DNA of 64,000 nucleotides from a plasmid: sequence record NZ_CP039562.1; one strand, 5' to 3'. Shown piece by piece: positions 61,906 to 64,000 of this stretch (position 1 is its first letter; each line of letters starts with the position of its first letter). The notes under the pieces were generated by a model. It saw only the letters and a program-made list of their open reading frames with translations, ran no database searches and was not told where the DNA came from. The position numbers and the translations under genes were made by a program.

Positions 61906-63028
61906 GGGCTAGACTGGCCCCATAGATCACCAGACACTTCGACTCTCTTAAAATAAGAGGTAGTCTTGGAACTATGTTTAATACCAGTCAGAACGATAAG
62001 ATGGTTGAAGTGTTATCAGGACCTGAGCGGCGTCGGCGTCGTACACCGCAGGAAAAAATTGCCATTATTCAGCAGACTATGGAGCCCGGTATGACCGTGT
62101 CTCATGTCGCGCGCCTGCATGGCATCAATGCAAACCAGATATTCAAATGGCGCAAGCAATATTAAGACGGTTCACTGACGGCTGTTGCATCGGGCGAGGA
62201 AGTGGTGCCGGCCTCCGAACTCGCTGCCGCCAATAAGCAAATTCGCGAACTCCAGCGCCTTCTGGGCAAAAAGACGATGGAAGCCGAGATACTCAAAGAG
62301 GCCGTGGAGTTCGGCCGGGCAAAAAAATGGATTGCGCATGCGCCCTCGTTGCCTGGGAACGACGAATAAGCGACGTTTGCAGAAGTCTTGGCGTGTCGCG
62401 TGCGCAGTTGAGCATTCGGGTTCACCGGCCATCTGACTGACAGGATCGCAGACGGCAGCCCCGTTCTGACGATACCACCGTATTGTCCCGGATAAACATG
62501 GCGGTGGCTGACCTGCCGACGTATGGTTATCGCCGTGTGTGGGCGCTGCTGCGACGGGAGTCGGAGCGGGACGGCCTGCCTGTGGTTAATGCAAAGCGGG
62601 TGTATCGCATTATGAGAACGCATAATCTGCTTCTTGAACGTAAACCCGCTGATCCTTGCCGTAAGCGGGCCCATAAGGGGCGCGTAGCAGTAGCGGAAAG
62701 TAACCGGCGCTGGTGCTCAGATGGCTTTGAGTTCCGCTGTGATAATGGCGAAAAGCTGCGGGTGACCTTCGCGCAGGACTGCTGCGACAGGGAGATCATT
62801 GACTGGGCAGCGAGCACCGGAGGCTATGACAAAGAAACGGTGCAGGATGTCATGCTGGGTGCGGTGGAAAAACGCTTCGGAAGGCAGTTGCCAACAGTGC
62901 CGGCGTTCGCCCGGTTGCTGGGACTGGAGCCTTGTACGACAGCAGTGCGAAGCCCGGAAAGCAATGGCATAGCAGAAAGCTTCGTGATGACGATAAAACG
63001 GGACTACATCAGCATCAGGATTTTAGGG
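61906..63028 (+). mobile_element. IS3-family (IS2-group, ISEcl2-like) element, truncated at its 3' end
   Basis: IRL-like TAGACTGGCCCC at 61909. orfA at 61974–62165 (…[19 protein letters not shown]…). orfB from about 62340 to 63028 with a DDE integrase core. Ends at the Tn3 IR. Confidence 0.7.
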
Positions 63029-63066
63029 GTCTGACGCTCAGTGGAACGAAAACTCACGTTAAGCAA
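63029..63066. repeat. Tn3/Tn2 38-bp terminal inverted repeat
   Basis: GGGGTCTGACGCTCAGTGGAACGAAAACTCACGTTAAG. Confidence 0.85.
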
Positions 63067-64000
63067 CGTTTTCTGCCTCTGACGCCTCTTTTAATGGTCT
63101 CAGATGTCCTTTGGTCACCAGTTCTGCCAGCGTGAAGGAATAATGGCCGAGCATATTGATATGTCCGTGGCAAAGCGGGGAGAGGCGTGCGATATCTTCA
63201 TCATTCAGTGTTTCACCCTGCGCCCGGAGATGATCCAGGGCTGCCTGCATATAAATAGTGTTCCATAACACGACGGCGTTAGTGACCAGCCCCAGTGTGC
63301 CCAGTTGATCTTCCTGACCGTCGGTATATCGTTTTCTTATCTCACCTTTTTGACCGTGACAGATGGCTCTGGCAACGGCATGGCGACTTTCTCCCCGATT
63401 AAGCTGGGTCAGAATGCGCCGGCGGTAATCTTCATCATCAATATAATTAAGCAGATACAGCGTTTTGTTGATGCGCCCCACTTCAATGATTGCCTGAGTC
63501 AGTCCGGAAGGACGTTCACTTTTCAGCAATGAACGGACCAGCACTGAAACCTGTACTTTGCCCAGCTTCAGGGAGCCAGCGGTCCGGATCATTTCGTCCC
63601 ACTGAAGGACTATTTTTCGGGGATCTGATTGCCCTCTGGCAATATCATTCAGCACGCCATAGTCGGCATCATGGTCCATTCGCCAGAAAACCGAAGCACC
63701 GGCATCAGCCAGGCGTGGAGAAAACTGGTATCCCAGCAGCCAGAAAAGGCCAAAGACAAGTTCGCTGGCACCTGCTGTATCGGTCATAATTTCGGTTGGA
63801 TTCAGCCCGGTCTCCTGTTCCAGAAGACCTTCCAGCACAAAGATAGAGTCCCTCAGCGTCCCCGGTATAACGATGCCATGAAAGCCGGAATACTGATCGG
63901 ACACAAAGTTGTACCAGGTGATCCCTCTGTTATTACCAAAGTATTTGCGGTTCGGTCCGGCATTGATTGTTCTGACTGGCGTAACAAAGCGCATTCCATC
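63059..64000 (-). pseudogene. tnpA: Tn3-family tnpA, 3' portion (continues beyond the window)
   Basis: C-terminal about 310 aa of a Tn3-type TnpA. The frame reaches the window edge. Confidence 0.75.

Overview
This window reads as a piece of a large MOBH-type conjugative plasmid backbone (IncC/IncA-C-like or SXT-like). Recognisable backbone genes are traI (HD-domain relaxase), traD (coupling protein), traL, a truncated traE, topB, parA, parB, HU, a thermonuclease, a HigB/HigA toxin-antitoxin pair, an S49 peptidase and a DsbA-like oxidoreductase. The backbone carries two acquired multi-resistance regions. Region 1 runs about 11.4–25.0 kb. It holds two inverted IS26 copies, a GIsul2-like remnant (ArsR fragment, serine recombinase), ISCR2, a VirD2-like fragment, floR, a LysR fragment, a partial ISCR2, tetA(A), tetR(A), a Tn5393 end, strB, strA and sul2. 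This matches the ARI-B type island, and sul2 lies immediately upstream of parA. Region 2 starts inside traE at 47.8 kb and runs to the end of the window. It contains four more IS26 copies and, in order: a DUF4238 gene, a PHP-ATPase (Ppl-like) gene and an AT-rich unknown gene next to a partial Tn1721; catA2; partial ISEcp1 with blaCTX-M-15 and a partial orf477; a Tn3-family tnpR fragment; qnrS1; a partial IS2-group IS3-family element; and a partial Tn3. Both regions are described in detail under features. Observations worth a second look: (i) the DUF4238/Ppl-like/unknown trio, a candidate anti-phage cargo inside the resistance region; (ii) a perfect 16–18-bp palindrome ACTTTCACATGTGAAAGT present six times in backbone intergenic regions, often paired with a recurring TTACAGCATCATAAAATGA motif; (iii) about five tandem 20-bp imperfect palindromes upstream of the recombinase gene; (iv) imperfect direct repeats of about 95 bp flanking the floR–sul2 island; and (v) a tightly packed operon of 11 uncharacterised genes, including a degenerate C5 methyltransferase, a P-loop protein and an ASCH-domain protein. 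I found no CRISPR array, rRNA or tRNA. Every identification rests on reading the translations and motifs by eye; no database search could be run.
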